Position numbers and translations under genes: made by a program. Shown here one piece after another: positions 51,330 through 63,935 of a stretch of 64,000 bases of DNA; the stretch's first letter is position 1; each line of letters starts with the position of its first letter. The stretch lies in contig NC_068983.1 of assembly GCF_001194135.2 (NCBI RefSeq), forward strand, positions 70,039,822 through 70,103,821, written 5' to 3'. The notes under the pieces were generated by a model. The model made no database searches, was not told the origin of the DNA, and was given only the letters and a program-made list of their open reading frames with translations. Source of the stretch: Octopus bimaculoides. Taxonomy: Eukaryota.

Positions 51330-51800
51330 CAATGTTTACTGTACTTCTGCAATATATTGTATACATTTATGTCATAATAGACATTTATGACACTATACAC
51401 TGCCATTATTTACTAAACTGTTATATAATACTTTAAACATTTATGTCAATAGACTAACATCGAAGTCACAATTGACATTTATGTTACAATATACTTTCAG
51501 TTTTTACTGAACTACTGTATAGTTCTATAAACATTTATATTTCAATATACTTTTGATGTTTAGTGAACTACTGTATAATACAATAAACATTCATGCCACA
51601 GTAGACTATAAATTTCAAAGTCATAGTTGACATTTATATTTTAATGAACTACTAAATTATACTATATTATATTTTAAACATTTATGCTCTACTACACTAT
51701 CGCATAATACTATAAACCTATATGTTACAGTACATTGTAAACATGTATGACTGAATACATTGTCAATATTCATATCACAATACACTGTTATTATTTATTG
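51330..51800. repeat. Degenerate AT-rich minisatellite-like region
   Basis: Recurrent aaacatttatg / gacatttat / gaactactgtata motifs at irregular spacing of about 20-60 bp. Confidence 0.55.
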
Positions 51801-52227
51801 ACCTTTATTAAGTATAACTGCATAGATGAAAGAAAGTGTTTATTGAAATGGATTTATCTATTGTCTGTTTGGGTTTGAAAATGAAATATCATTATCAGGC
51901 AATTGGGTCCAATAACAAAATATAATATATAATTTAGATCCATTTTCAAAAAATGTAAACATACAGAATCATTTAAGGGTTATTGTGTATGTGTGTGTGA
52001 AAAACTCTGTAAAACTCAGCTGTTTTGAAAACAGAAAAATCTCTTTGAAATTTCAAATGATTTACTTTAATAATATGAATTTTTGAATAAAGTATAGTCC
52101 ATCTATTCTGTCTTTGACTTTCATCTGATGTTTTCAATTCATCAAAAAAGATTTTCAGCTGCAACACATTGGTGTTACAGTTGAATATCTATTTTGTTAT
52201 GATGAACTTTGTCTTTCATCTTTCCAG

Positions 52228-52315
52228 AGTCAGAAAAATAAAATAGAAATGTTAAGTTCATCTGAACAGCATCAAATCAAATGTTTTATAGCTGTTGCTT
52301 ACATTTTCCAATCAT
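52228..52315 (+). CDS. Candidate internal exon (SQKNKIEMLSSSEQHQIKCFIAVAYIFQS)
   Basis: Acceptor tttgtctttcatctttccag, donor CAT|gtaagt, single open frame. Confidence 0.3.
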
Positions 52316-55300
52316 GTAAGTTAAAGATAAGAGCAGATATACAATATGATTGACCTGAGATTACTATGTCCTCCTAAAGGTGGCACATTTGATATCTTAC
52401 ACTTTTGTTGAATTACCTTAAAACCTTTATCACATCAAATATGAATACCAAATATAAGAAAAGTTTGTGTAGCTAAAATCCAACATAAAACTACACCAGT
52501 TAAATTTTTGTAAACACTTTTACATACAAGTATAGACTGCATAGTTTTTGAAAATTTAGATATTAGCACAAAGTGGAAAACTCTATGGTTCTCTGAGTTA
52601 AGGGTGTCATAACACTCTGAGTCAGTTGTGATACACATACATAAACAAATACTATAACCCCTAGCCAACTAAAACCTTGTGAGTGGATTTGGCAGATGGA
52701 AATGGGAAGTAGCCATTGTATGAATATATTTGTGTATGCATGTATATGTATATGTTTATACGTTTGTGTGTGTTTATGTCTCCTTATCTTGAGATTCTCT
52801 CACAAGTCACACAAGCAGTGTCATTCATCTCCAGTAAAATTATGTCCAATCATGGAGATATATTATGTTGGTTGGAAACAGGCAAGAATTGGCCATAAAA
52901 AGGTATCTAGCTGTAGAAAATCAGGTTTTAATGAATTCCATCTTATTCATGCAAGTAAGGATAAGTAACTAATGATAAGATTGATAATGTTTTATTTTAA
53001 AATGCAGTGACTTTCAACATCCATCATCTCATATATTTGTAAACAACTTTAAAAAGTTTGACATTCTTGTACTCTCAAATGGAAAATCAATGCTTCTGTA
53101 AAAATGATATCTTGCCAGAGAAATTAAAATTTGGTGGTGAGTGATATAGGGATGTAACTGACAAACACTCATTAAAAGAACACTGTAAGGAATTTTTTAG
53201 GGATATTCAACACTCAAAGGAATTGAGACAAGCAGTTTAGGCATCAAATGAATAAACAGATAATTGGGCATGAGGGTTTTCTATAAAGTTGTTAGCTGCA
53301 GTATGAGAGTCTTAATTTGTTTCTATTGAAGCAATTTTTGACATTTCACTTATATGATAAAAATTTGAGTTGATAATTCAAAATTTTTTGTTGAAAATTA
53401 TTCTGAAAAGATAGAATCATTTTCTATATTCTTGTTAAATTATTCTAATTTTCAAAATTGCATGCTCACATGTATAGATGTAATTGTATATTGGATATTT
53501 GTATCAATGTGTTTGGTTGTATAACATATATATAAGAATATGTGAGAATTTTGTGTATTAGAATTGAATAAGATAACAGAAAAGGAAGAGAAAATGACAG
53601 TATGGCAGAGGAATCTGAGATATGAGATATAATGAAGATTCAATGCATTAAATTGAAAAATGTAACAAAATAGAAATAGCAGAGAAAATTACAGAGGGAA
53701 AAAGGGGGAAAGAGTGAGAGTGAAACAGAAGGGGAATAATTAATGCAGAATACTAAGGAAAGAAAGAAAAAGAAGTTAAGCTGGGGTGAAATGATGTTTA
53801 AATAGTTGTTGTATACTATTAACCTGTTGTATTTGATGATAAGGCTCTGTGTTGATTATAACTCATAAATTGATTGTTCATTTTCCAAACAGGGTATTAT
53901 TATATTTTATAACGAAAAGAAGAAAACTTTTCAAATAAAGATATGCAGAAATATTTCCTTCTTGATTGCATGTGAACATTATGGCTTTGTTACTGATAAG
54001 CTGCATACTGTGAATGAGAGGAACAGTTATTGTTGTGAGCAAATTGATCTGTACAAGAGATTACTAAGAAAATATTTGTTTCATAAAATCTTGTGTGTTA
54101 TCCCTACATTGTTGTCTGACCAGTATTAACTTCAAAGCACTGAAGGAAAAAAACAAAAAACATTTCAGTTTTTGTGATATTATGCAATGCAAAATTAGCA
54201 ATAACATAACAGTCCTAATTAGGGCTGGTAGGATGAATAAGTCACTTGAATTTCATTGACTTTTACAAATAAAAAAAATGTTGTCTTTGTATTGTTATCT
54301 TTATACTACACTCATTTTCTCTTCACTTTGGAAAATACTGTTATACTTTTATGTAAAAGTTTCATTTGTCTTGAAGTCAATAGTATTTATCAGACATTTG
54401 TGAGTTCCTTTAGTACAGAGATATACCTCTGATTCACTTGTTTTTTTATGTTTGTTATCAGTTCTTGTTCCATGTTTTGGGACCTAAAAATTGGTTGATC
54501 AGCTTTTAACTAACCAGTTTACATAAAACTAAAAAATGCAAAATAATTACCATTAACCTTTTGTGACTTTATTTAAAACAAAATTCATTGTGCATCATCA
54601 GCAACAAACAAAAGTTTCATAATGCTAATTGGGTACTTTAACACAACAATCTGCACACAATGCAACCTAACCAATCATTTCTTCACATATCTCTACAGAT
54701 CAAAACTAAGATCAGTTTCCATTTATTTTTCATAAAGGCTGTTTGAATAGAAATGTTGGCAAAAGTGAATATAAGGCAAAAGTGTAAAGCTTTAATTTAA
54801 AAAAAAAATGGAGTGATTGTTTTAAAATAATTATTTTCATTTATTTATTAAGCTTTATATTGCGATTTGAACAGTAGAACCACTGATAACAGATTTTCAG
54901 CCAGTCACTGGCTCACTGAATTTCTAATAGCAAGCATAGCAACTGAATACCTTACTCAATGCAGAGTGAATGTCACAAGAATTTTTTGCTCTAAGAGCAC
55001 AGGACTTGGCTTCATTGCTGATATTGTAAATTCTTCACCTTTGTACATAAGCAAAAGATACGCACATATGTTCTCACATGCTCATACTCCTATGTACAAA
55101 CACACATATGCACACATACATCCCCACCACTCACAATCATATACATATATGTGCCAGCTTTCCAAAGTCTCCATAAACTAAATCTCTTTTACAAATTATT
55201 GGTCAGTCTGACCAAGGTTCAACACAGTGTCATCAAAACCTTAGAACCATGTGGTTTTGAAGTAAATTACTTAATTACACAGCTATGCTTGTATTACTTA

Positions 55301-56270
55301 TTTAGTAACCCAATACTTAGGGTAATAGCTTTAAAAGTTCTTGCAAAAATTATAATGACAGATGTTAATTTAAATACAAATATTTTAAAAGAGATAAATT
55401 TTGAATCAAAATAATTGTGGTGTATTTTCAAGTTGGTATCAAAAAAAAAAATTAAATGACCCTAGAACTTGAATCAGCAACTTGCTCAGTGGTCCATTAT
55501 GTGCTTTAACATACAGCTCGAATTCTAAAATCTTATTCCTGCTAGTAAAAACAATCACTTGTGTGTGTATATGCATCACATAGAAACTGGAACTTGAGTA
55601 CACTCAAGTAATTTTCTTCAATTTGAAGCTGTGATTTATAAAATTTGATTATTAAGAGTCATGAATACAATTTCTTGAATATCTCAAGAAATAGTATTTC
55701 AATGAGAAGAAAATGACTCTTACAGCTTCATGATAATAATTGCAAATTATATTACATGATAAAATTAAATTAATTGTATGAAACATCAATAATAAATTAC
55801 TAACAATTGTAGAAAAATAATGTTTGGTCTGTCTAAATTATCTGGAAAGAAAATGTTATTGAAATTCATTTTGAAGTTGAAAGATTTAAAGAAATACTTC
55901 ATGCATTCATTTTCAGATTCACCCTCATTATAAAAACAAAACAAAACAAAGTGAAAAACAACAAAAACCATAAACAAAAACAAAACAAAACAAAAGAAAA
56001 TAAAAACATAGCAAAACAAAAGAAAACAAAACCAAACAAAAATAAAAATGAAAACTTCTATCCTTTGTTGTACATTGATGAACGATAACAAAAGGAATAT
56101 GGGTTTATTTTCTTGGCAATTTCAATAACAAAGAATTTTTATATGTGTAGCCAAGTTATATATTGAAATCTGAAGATAGAAAGATAAAAATGTCTCAGAT
56201 GAATTAACTATCTCATTAGCTGCTTTAGATTTACTATTAATAAAGCATCCAATTTAATTAACATTTTAAG

Positions 56271-56319
56271 CTTCAAGTCTCTAATCTGAAGTCTGAGCAA
56301 TTTATGAAGCTTCATGAAA
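56271..56319 (+). CDS. Candidate internal exon (LQVSNLKSEQFMKLHE)
   Basis: Acceptor aacattttaag, donor AAA|gtaagt, open frame. Confidence 0.25.
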
Positions 56320-56543
56320 GTAAGTTCTATCTTATTGATGAAAATTTAATGAAATATTAACAGTGACTATTGAGCATAAAAATTAAACATCTGTAAGTAA
56401 AAAATGAAAATATATTACATTTGATTTTTTTTTATCAAAAGAAACATCTCTTCATATTTCACCATATTATCCTCTCTAATATCAGTACAATTTATGTACT
56501 GTCATTTAATGAAAACTTGTATATGCTGGTTCTTTTCTGTACA

Positions 56544-56928
56544 GGCGCAGGTGTGGCTGTGTGGTAAGAAGCTTGCTTCCCAACCACATGGTTTCGGGTT
56601 CAGTCCCACTGCATGACCATCTTGGGTAAGTGTCTTCTACCATAACCTCAGGCTGACCAAAGCCTTGTGAGTAGATTTGGTAGACAGAAAATGAAAGAAG
56701 CCCATCATATATGTATATGTATGTATATGTATTTATGTATGTGTGTGTCTTTGTGTCTGTGTTTGATCCCCCACCATCGCTTGACAACTAAAACTTAGTG
56801 GTTTGGCAAAAGCAACCAAGAGAGTTAGTGCTTGGCTTAAAAAGAATAAGTCTTGGGGTCGGTTTCTTTGATTAAAGGTATTGCTCCAGCATGTCCACAG
56901 TCAAATGACTGAAATGTGTAAAAGAGTA
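56544..56928 (+). mobile_element. Family A SINE, full length
   Basis: ggcgcaggtgtggctgtgtggtaagaagcttgcttcccaaccacatgg... through to the gactgaaa tail. Confidence 0.9.
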
Positions 56929-57289
56929 TATATATATATATATATATATATTGGTATTACTTGCTAAAATCTAGAGGAAGGAGTATTGCCTAAGACCCTT
57001 ACAGCCCTGCCAAAACCCGTAAGGTTGATACCGTTAATGTTTTTTTTAAAACTTTTTCTGGTTAACATCTGTAGGAAAAGCACAAGCAAGGGGTAGTTGC
57101 CAAATAGAATCAATTTTCAAGAGAGAAAAGACTGGGTGTAGTGATTAGTGCAGGTAAGAGGGTAATGAATGCAACAAAGGTAATAAAGGTAATAAAAAAG
57201 GATGCAACAAAGGTAATGAAAAAAAAAACAAAAAACCATGTGGTTTATGAGTATATGAATGGTAGAGGTATAAGGCCAGCCAGCTCCAT

Positions 57290-58620
57290 CTTCCATTTTA
57301 CTTTTAAATTTCCATAGCCACTCTGCTTCTCTATAATGCTGAAGTTCTTTGATATAGATTTCTAAAAGTTCTTTGCTCTTTCAGCATCTGGCACATCACT
57401 TACTGGATGTTCATCATCATATATTCAGCTGTTGGTGAAATTACTCTTCATTATTTCTCAAGAGTCTGTTCTTGGTTTGTTTCTTTGCTAATATCTAGTT
57501 CTTTTTTTTACCTGACACTGCTTTGACTTTTTGTCTTATCTCTTCTTTAACTACCGTTTGTATCTAATTCACTTTCTTTGGATTGTATTCTTGTGTCTTT
57601 TCTTCACCATCTTTTTTTTCTATTGTTACATTTATCCTTCCAAGATCTCTATTGAGCTGTTCAACATGGTTCTCAAGTCTTTGTTCTCACCATGCATTTT
57701 TTTAACATCAAGACTTTCCACAGCAGTAGATTCTGTGTAGTATATGAGGTTATTTAGTGGAGGCACAATGGCTCAGTGGTTAGGGCAGCGAACTCGCAGT
57801 CATAGGATCGCGGTTTCGATTCCCAGACCAGGCGTTGTGAGTGTTTATTAAGCGAAAACACCTAAAGCTGCACGAGGCTCCAGCAGGGGATGGTGGCAAA
57901 CCCTGCTGTACTCTTTCACCACAACTTTCTCTCACTCTTACTTCCTGTTTCTATTGTGCCTGTAATTCAAAGGGTCAGCCTTGTCACACTGTGTGACGCT
58001 GAATATCCCTGAGAACTACGTTAAGGGTACACGTGTCTGTGGAGTGCTCAGCCACTTGCACGTTAATTTCACGCACCGGCTGTTCCGTTGATTGGATCGA
58101 CTGGAACCCTCGACGTCGTAAGCGACAGAGTGCCAACACATGAAGTCATTTAGATCTCAACTTATTTTCAATACAGATTTTTTGTATTAACAGTTCATCT
58201 TTCTAATTTACTATTTTACTTAGTTTTCCTCTTTTGATTCCTTTTAAGGTCTCTTTCTTTCATGAGTTTGTATCTCAATTAGACATTATAGTATGTTCCT
58301 TTCATCCTCTGCAACATTCTTTCCTTTCTCAAACTATGTTTTCATGTGGGATGACTTATTACTTTCCTGGCGATTTATTGGTCCTTCTAATACCTCTTGT
58401 TCTTGGTCGATTTCTTCTTCTTCATATTCTATATAGTCATGTTTTTCATCTTCCACTGTTGTGGGAGATCTCTTCTTGTTCTAATTGGGATCACCACTGT
58501 CTTTCTCTGATTAAATTTTTCTGGTCTTGTCTAGAAGTCTTTGTTCTGAGACAGGGAACATGATTTTCTCTATCCATATTTTATACTTCCATTCCCTGTA
58601 TTCTATTTTGGTAGGCTCAC
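57290..58620 (-). mobile_element. R4/Dong-like non-LTR element, N-terminal ORF relic, split by a SINE
   Basis: IWIEKIMFPVSEQRLLDKT ... VPDAERAKNF* ... YREAEWL, motifs I recall from the pre-RT region of R4/Dong elements. Confidence 0.5.
57758..58139 (+). mobile_element. Full-length tRNA-derived SINE (a further family) with a degenerate 14-bp TSD
   Basis: Head ggcacaatggctcagtggttagggcagcgaactcgc...ggtttcgattccc (A/B boxes). Flanks atgaggttatttag (57744-57757) and atgaagtcatttag (58140-58153), 12/14 identical. Confidence 0.85.
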
Positions 58621-58849
58621 TTCTGTATAACATTTCATCACAGTCCTATTGTTGTTTTGAGACCATTTTCTCTTAATCTTTGTCACACAGTCCATTTGCT
58701 TTCAACACCCATTGCATGGAGGACTGGGCATGCCATTACTGATGATGCACAGACATGTGCTGAGGCTGCAACATCTCCAACGATGAGCACGTGTGGTTGC
58801 TGTTTGTTGAACATACTTTTCCGCAGCTCGTCTCCTTGACAGAGCTACA

Positions 58850-59390
58850 GTCCTAGATCAGTCATAGACCGAGGCAGGGTCTATGCAGTCGGGCAATGCA
58901 GTCAGTGGAAATTCCACCTTGGAGTTCTATATAGAATTAGTGGAGGTTAAGTACGTCAATGTACTCTGAGAGGTTCTAGGCATTGAGGAGGATCAACTAG
59001 TTGGTCTCTTCTGGAGGACTTTCGGACTGGGAACTATGGATAACTTCCAGAGATTCCTGGCCTAGCAGTGCAACCGGGGAGCACTGCTGGTTTGAGATAA
59101 GCTCTACAGGCATGGGTGTGCAGTCAGTCGGGCTTGTCTGAGATGCATGTGGAGCAATGAAACCATTCTGCATGCTTTCATACAATGCCCACACTTTGCT
59201 GACTTGTGGAGCTTCATCGAACAATTATTGTCACATGTAGGACAGATCTGGTTATCGTCCAAGTCCATTGTGAAGATTGCCCTGCCTCCTTCCTTTGGCT
59301 GGGAAGGGAGGGCAATTTTTCTCTGTCTGGTGGCTATAGCAAAAGAGGCTGTGTGGTGGGCTTAATTGAACGGGTTAAAGACAAGTACCT
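58850..59390 (+). mobile_element. Tx1/L1-clade LINE ORF2 C-terminal fragment
   Basis: DKLYRHG...ACLRCMWSNETILHAFIQCPHFADLWSFIEQLL (C-x2-C...H-x4-C knuckle). Confidence 0.65.
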
Positions 59391-59447
59391 TCCTCTTTGA
59401 TTGCTTTCTCATTTTCTGTAACTTTTTCTGGCATTATTCTTCTTCTT

Positions 59448-59509
<62 letters not shown>

Positions 59510-60472
59510 TGTATGTATGCCTGTTCCCTACAAGTTCCTTCAATTCAAATAATGAGAAAATTTTCCTATTCACTTAATAGCTATCTACTATTAAGAACTA
59601 AAAATCTTTAAAATCTATTCAACATGTTCTCAAAATCTAGCAGTTCTCTGCTCTAAAAAGATCCAATTGCTGTTTCATTCTTTTCAAACCCCTGTGTTTT
59701 CTTATCACTTTACTTTATCAATATCTGTAACACAACCTACTGCATTTATCAATAGTAAATGCTAGTGGTATTTGAAATCCATTTTACTGAAATTGTTTTA
59801 TTTATTAGATCACATATTTAACACTATGCTAATACTTTGTACTTTTGAATTATCTCCAGTTCACCACTCAGTTCTGATTACGAGGTTTGTCTAAGTAGCT
59901 GAGTGGTTTAGATAGAATTTGAAGAAATACAGTGTACAGAAAGTGATGCTTCTAAGTGTTTAAGCTAACACACTCGGAAAGTTGATGTATTTTTATTTTT
60001 TGAAGAAAATGTTAACACTTGTTACTGACAGTTAAAAGAAAGAAGTATGGAAGTAATTAACAGTCTTAACAGTGAGAAAAAGAGAGACTTCATGTGGTTG
60101 CTTGATTGAACTAGAAATAATAGCCAAATTTACCTCATTGAACCTCATCATATTAAATGCGAAAGAACATAAGCAAAGTAACCAGTAGGGGAACAGTTAA
60201 TAATAGATGGAGGATATATCTAGTATGAACAACCAATGGAATGAGAACAGTTAATGCCATGGATTTTATAAAAGGTTAAATTTGAAATCCTAAGAACATT
60301 TCTGAATACTAGAGGTAGGCTGGTTGAATCGTTGTGACTATAACAAACAATAGGAAAACACTTGTCTGAATATGTTTGTATGTAATAATGATAATTCATC
60401 TCTCAAATGCTGACAAAATCTTCATCTTTCAATCTTTATGCATATACACATGTAACTAGATACACATGCATT

Positions 60473-60522
<50 letters not shown>

Positions 60523-60554
60523 ATAAAAGTAAACAGTAGGTAGGAATACCATGT

Positions 60555-61357
60555 GATGTAGAAAGTGTAAACTATGGATGCACAGGAGAAGCAGTAGGAT
60601 TCCAGGCTATCTGATGGAAGAAAAGGACTTTGTATATAGCAAATTCAGTAGAGTAGTTGGAAGTTTGAATGCCCTTAAAGTAGATTCTTTTATGTTTTTT
60701 AGAGGTATAAAAGTATTTGATATCATTTGATAAGTAGGTGACCAAATTAGCTGTGGAAGATGGTGTTCAGAATGCATAGTAACCTGAATGAAAATAGGGT
60801 TGGATAAAAGTTCAGATAGCTATTATCTTTAATGATAATGAAGAGTTTCTCTGAGAGAAGAGCAGATTGTTTGAACACTATGTACATTGCAATGTTGTAT
60901 GGTAGTGAAACTTAAACATTGAATTTGGATATACAGAAGCTTGACAAAAATGAGGTGGGCATGTTCTGTTAGATATGTAATGTTAGTGTCCATGAACAAC
61001 TACCTCCAAAAGAGTTGATAAGAAAATTTGGTGTAAGAGGAACCAAATTGAGTATGGTATTAAAGACATGTGCCAAATCTGCTACAAGAAGACGCAAACC
61101 GACCATAATGTGACATAGATGCCAAAATAAGAGGATGAGACCTGAACCACCTATTACAATGTTTAACAGTAGAAACTGTGGAAGAATATAACCAAGGAAT
61201 ACATGGGGTAAATGGTAAAAGTTGATTTCAAGAGGTTGAACCTTGCAGAGCAGCTAACAAAAGATTGCAACACATCTTGAGATGCTGTGCTAAACCTATG
61301 CATCTAACCTATGCAAGCATGGAAAAATGGTTGTAAAATAATGATGATGATGATGAT
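60555..61357 (+). mobile_element. RTE LINE 3' fragment with (GAT)n tail
   Basis: GDQISCGR...IAMLYGSET*...EVGMFC*ICNVSVHE...; ends gcaagcatggaaaaatgg..gatgatgatg. Confidence 0.75.
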
Positions 61358-61664
61358 ATATATATGTATATATATACACACACCAAAGAAATGCAATATC
61401 TTAGTCCTCAGCAGTAATTAGGAACAATAAATTTAATGAGAATAAACACAGAAATAAATAGAATTAAATTGCTATTATGTAATTATTTATTATAGAAACT
61501 AGTTGTAGTGACGTCCAATATCTTCTGTGTATAACAGAGTTGATTTAATGAATGCTGCATGTCTAAGCAATATTGTCTGATTATCAATGCTTATTAGTTA
61601 TATCTGTTAGATATTTTAGATATTCAAATGACTAATAATAATAATGATAATTATAATAACAATA

Positions 61665-62040
61665 GTTTCAAAGTTTGGCATAGGGCCAGCAATTTGAAAG
61701 GGAAGAGTAAATTGATTGCACTGGCCCCGGTGGTCAAGTGGTGTCTTTTTTACTGACTCCAAAAGAATGAAAGGCAAAATTGACCTCTGTGAATTTGGAC
61801 TTAGAGCGTAAAGATGGACAAAATGCTGTTAAGCATCTTGCCCAGTATGATGATAATTTCTGCCAGCTCACTGCTTTTATTATGATAATAATAATCCTTT
61901 CTACTAAAGGCACAATGCCTGCAATTTTGGGGGAGGGGACTAGTCGATTACATTGACCCTAGTACTCAACTGGTACTTGATTTCTCAACTCCAAAAGGAT
62001 GAAAGGCAAAGTCAATCCCAGCAGCATTTGAACTTAAAAT
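61665..62040 (-). mobile_element. Two adjacent family B SINE copies (about 61665-61880 and 61895-62040)
   Basis: Reverse-complement motifs aaaggcaaa(a/g)tcgacctc / gaatttgaac / ctgccagctcactgc. Confidence 0.7.
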
Positions 62041-62184
62041 GTTGTAAATCAGAAAATTCTAGATCATTTCAATATGGACCATTTTATCAAAATTACTCAA
62101 GAATCAACTTATAGTGATTAAGAAGTTCATTGTGTGTGTGTGTGTGTGCATGTGTGTGTGTGTGATTGTGTGTTTGTGTGTGTA

Positions 62185-62220
<36 letters not shown>

Positions 62221-62856
62221 CTTCTAATATAAGGATAAAATTTTATTAAAATTTTATCAGTGGCCAGCATATGAAAAATACCTTTTAAGGTGAAAATTAT
62301 ACAATTATAAATAAGGGCAAAAAGAAAAAATTTTCTTTGCCAATATATAATTGTTATAATTTTTTTTTCTTTGCTTGTTATGTATTCATAGGTGTTCTCT
62401 GTTTTATAAAAATGCCTTTGGGGAAATGATATCCATGACCCATTTTTAATATTCCATTGCAGTGAGATTTCTTAATAAGCATTAATTCTATGACATTACT
62501 TTAACACTTCCTTTCCTACTTCATATAAATTAGACATCAAGATGTGGAATTTTATGTTTAATTACGATAACTTATGACAAAAAAAAACATGTAAAAAAAA
62601 AAAAATCAATGATTTGTATGATACCTTCATTTAATTTATTTTATATTTATATCAGTATTTTCCATTTATCATTCATCCATAACTGAAGGTTCCAATCTGC
62701 TGGAACATGCATGTGTGTGTGTATAAGTGTATATGTGTGTGTGTGAGTATGTCTGTATTTATGTGTGTGTACTTATATAGGTGCAGGCATGGATGTGTGT
62801 TTAAGAAGTTCATTGTGTGTACACGCACACACACACACACACACGCACACACATAC

Positions 62857-62900
<44 letters not shown>

Positions 62901-63213
62901 CTTACTTCCTCCCTTTTAAATTTTCTCTGTCTATATATTTATACTTAGATATTCATCTGAAAGTCTTCAGTCTTTGCTTTCTCTCATTTTGCATATATAC
63001 ATATATACGTATTTTGTATATCAAACCCAAGCTGTTATATTTGATTTGTTTATCCACATAATTGCCTCCATATCTGTTCAACTTGATTCCTTTCATAGCC
63101 ATTCTTTATCCCATGGAATTGGTCTCTCATAAAGGCATTGAGGCCTAAGTTTGAATCATTTGTGTGCTACTAAGTGTCTTCTATATTTAGAACCTCCAGA
63201 TCTCATCTATTGG

Positions 63214-63293
<80 letters not shown>

Positions 63294-63295
<2 letters not shown>

Positions 63296-63538
63296 TGGTG
63301 TTGCCATCCGGTTTCACCAGTCCTCAGTCAAATCGTCCAACCCATGCTAGCATGGAAAGCGGACGTTAAACGATGATGGGTTGGACGATTTGACTGAGGA
63401 TTGGTGAACCAGATGGCTACACCAGGCTCCAATTTGATTTGGCAGAGTTTCTACAGCTGAATGCCCTTCCTAACGCCAACCACTCCGAGAGTGTAGTGGG
63501 TACTTTTACTTGCCACCGGCACGAAGGCCAGTCAGACG

Positions 63539-63539
<1 letters not shown>
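63294..63539. mobile_element. Tail-to-tail fusion of two family C copies between two (TA)n tracts
   Basis: A + copy at 63294-63378 and a - copy at 63376-63539; 52-bp stem with a 30-nt loop. Confidence 0.85.
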
Positions 63540-63589
<50 letters not shown>

Positions 63590-63935
63590 ATATATATAAT
63601 CAACAGATATATTATATATATATATATATATTTTTGTATATGTCTACCTATGTGTTTGAGTGAGTTTGTTGTTCACTGACTGGTAACAAAAGACTTTTTC
63701 AAATGGTGTCATTTGTTTTCAGTTTTCTTAACTATGTCTGAACTTATCATTGTTTTGTAGGCTGGGGAATAATTTCCTTACTCAGAAAAAGTTGAGGGTT
63801 TGCCTCAGGAAAGGTATCTGACCATAGAAATTCTGCACCAACAACATAGAAAATAGACATTAAAATAATGATGACAACAATGATGATGATGATGGTGATG
63901 ATGATGATTATTATGATATATGAGTTTTATTAGCA

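Noticed and set aside
54945-55040. Minus-strand exon-like GEEFTISAMKPSPVLLEQKILVTFTLH
   Set aside because: It ends in TGA immediately before the donor, and the opposite strand is also open. Unresolvable without RNA data.
409-63663. Most ORFs in the supplied track ([16 protein letters not shown], poly-X peptides)
   Set aside because: They are translations of (TA)n, (CA)n and (TATG)n microsatellites or N gaps.
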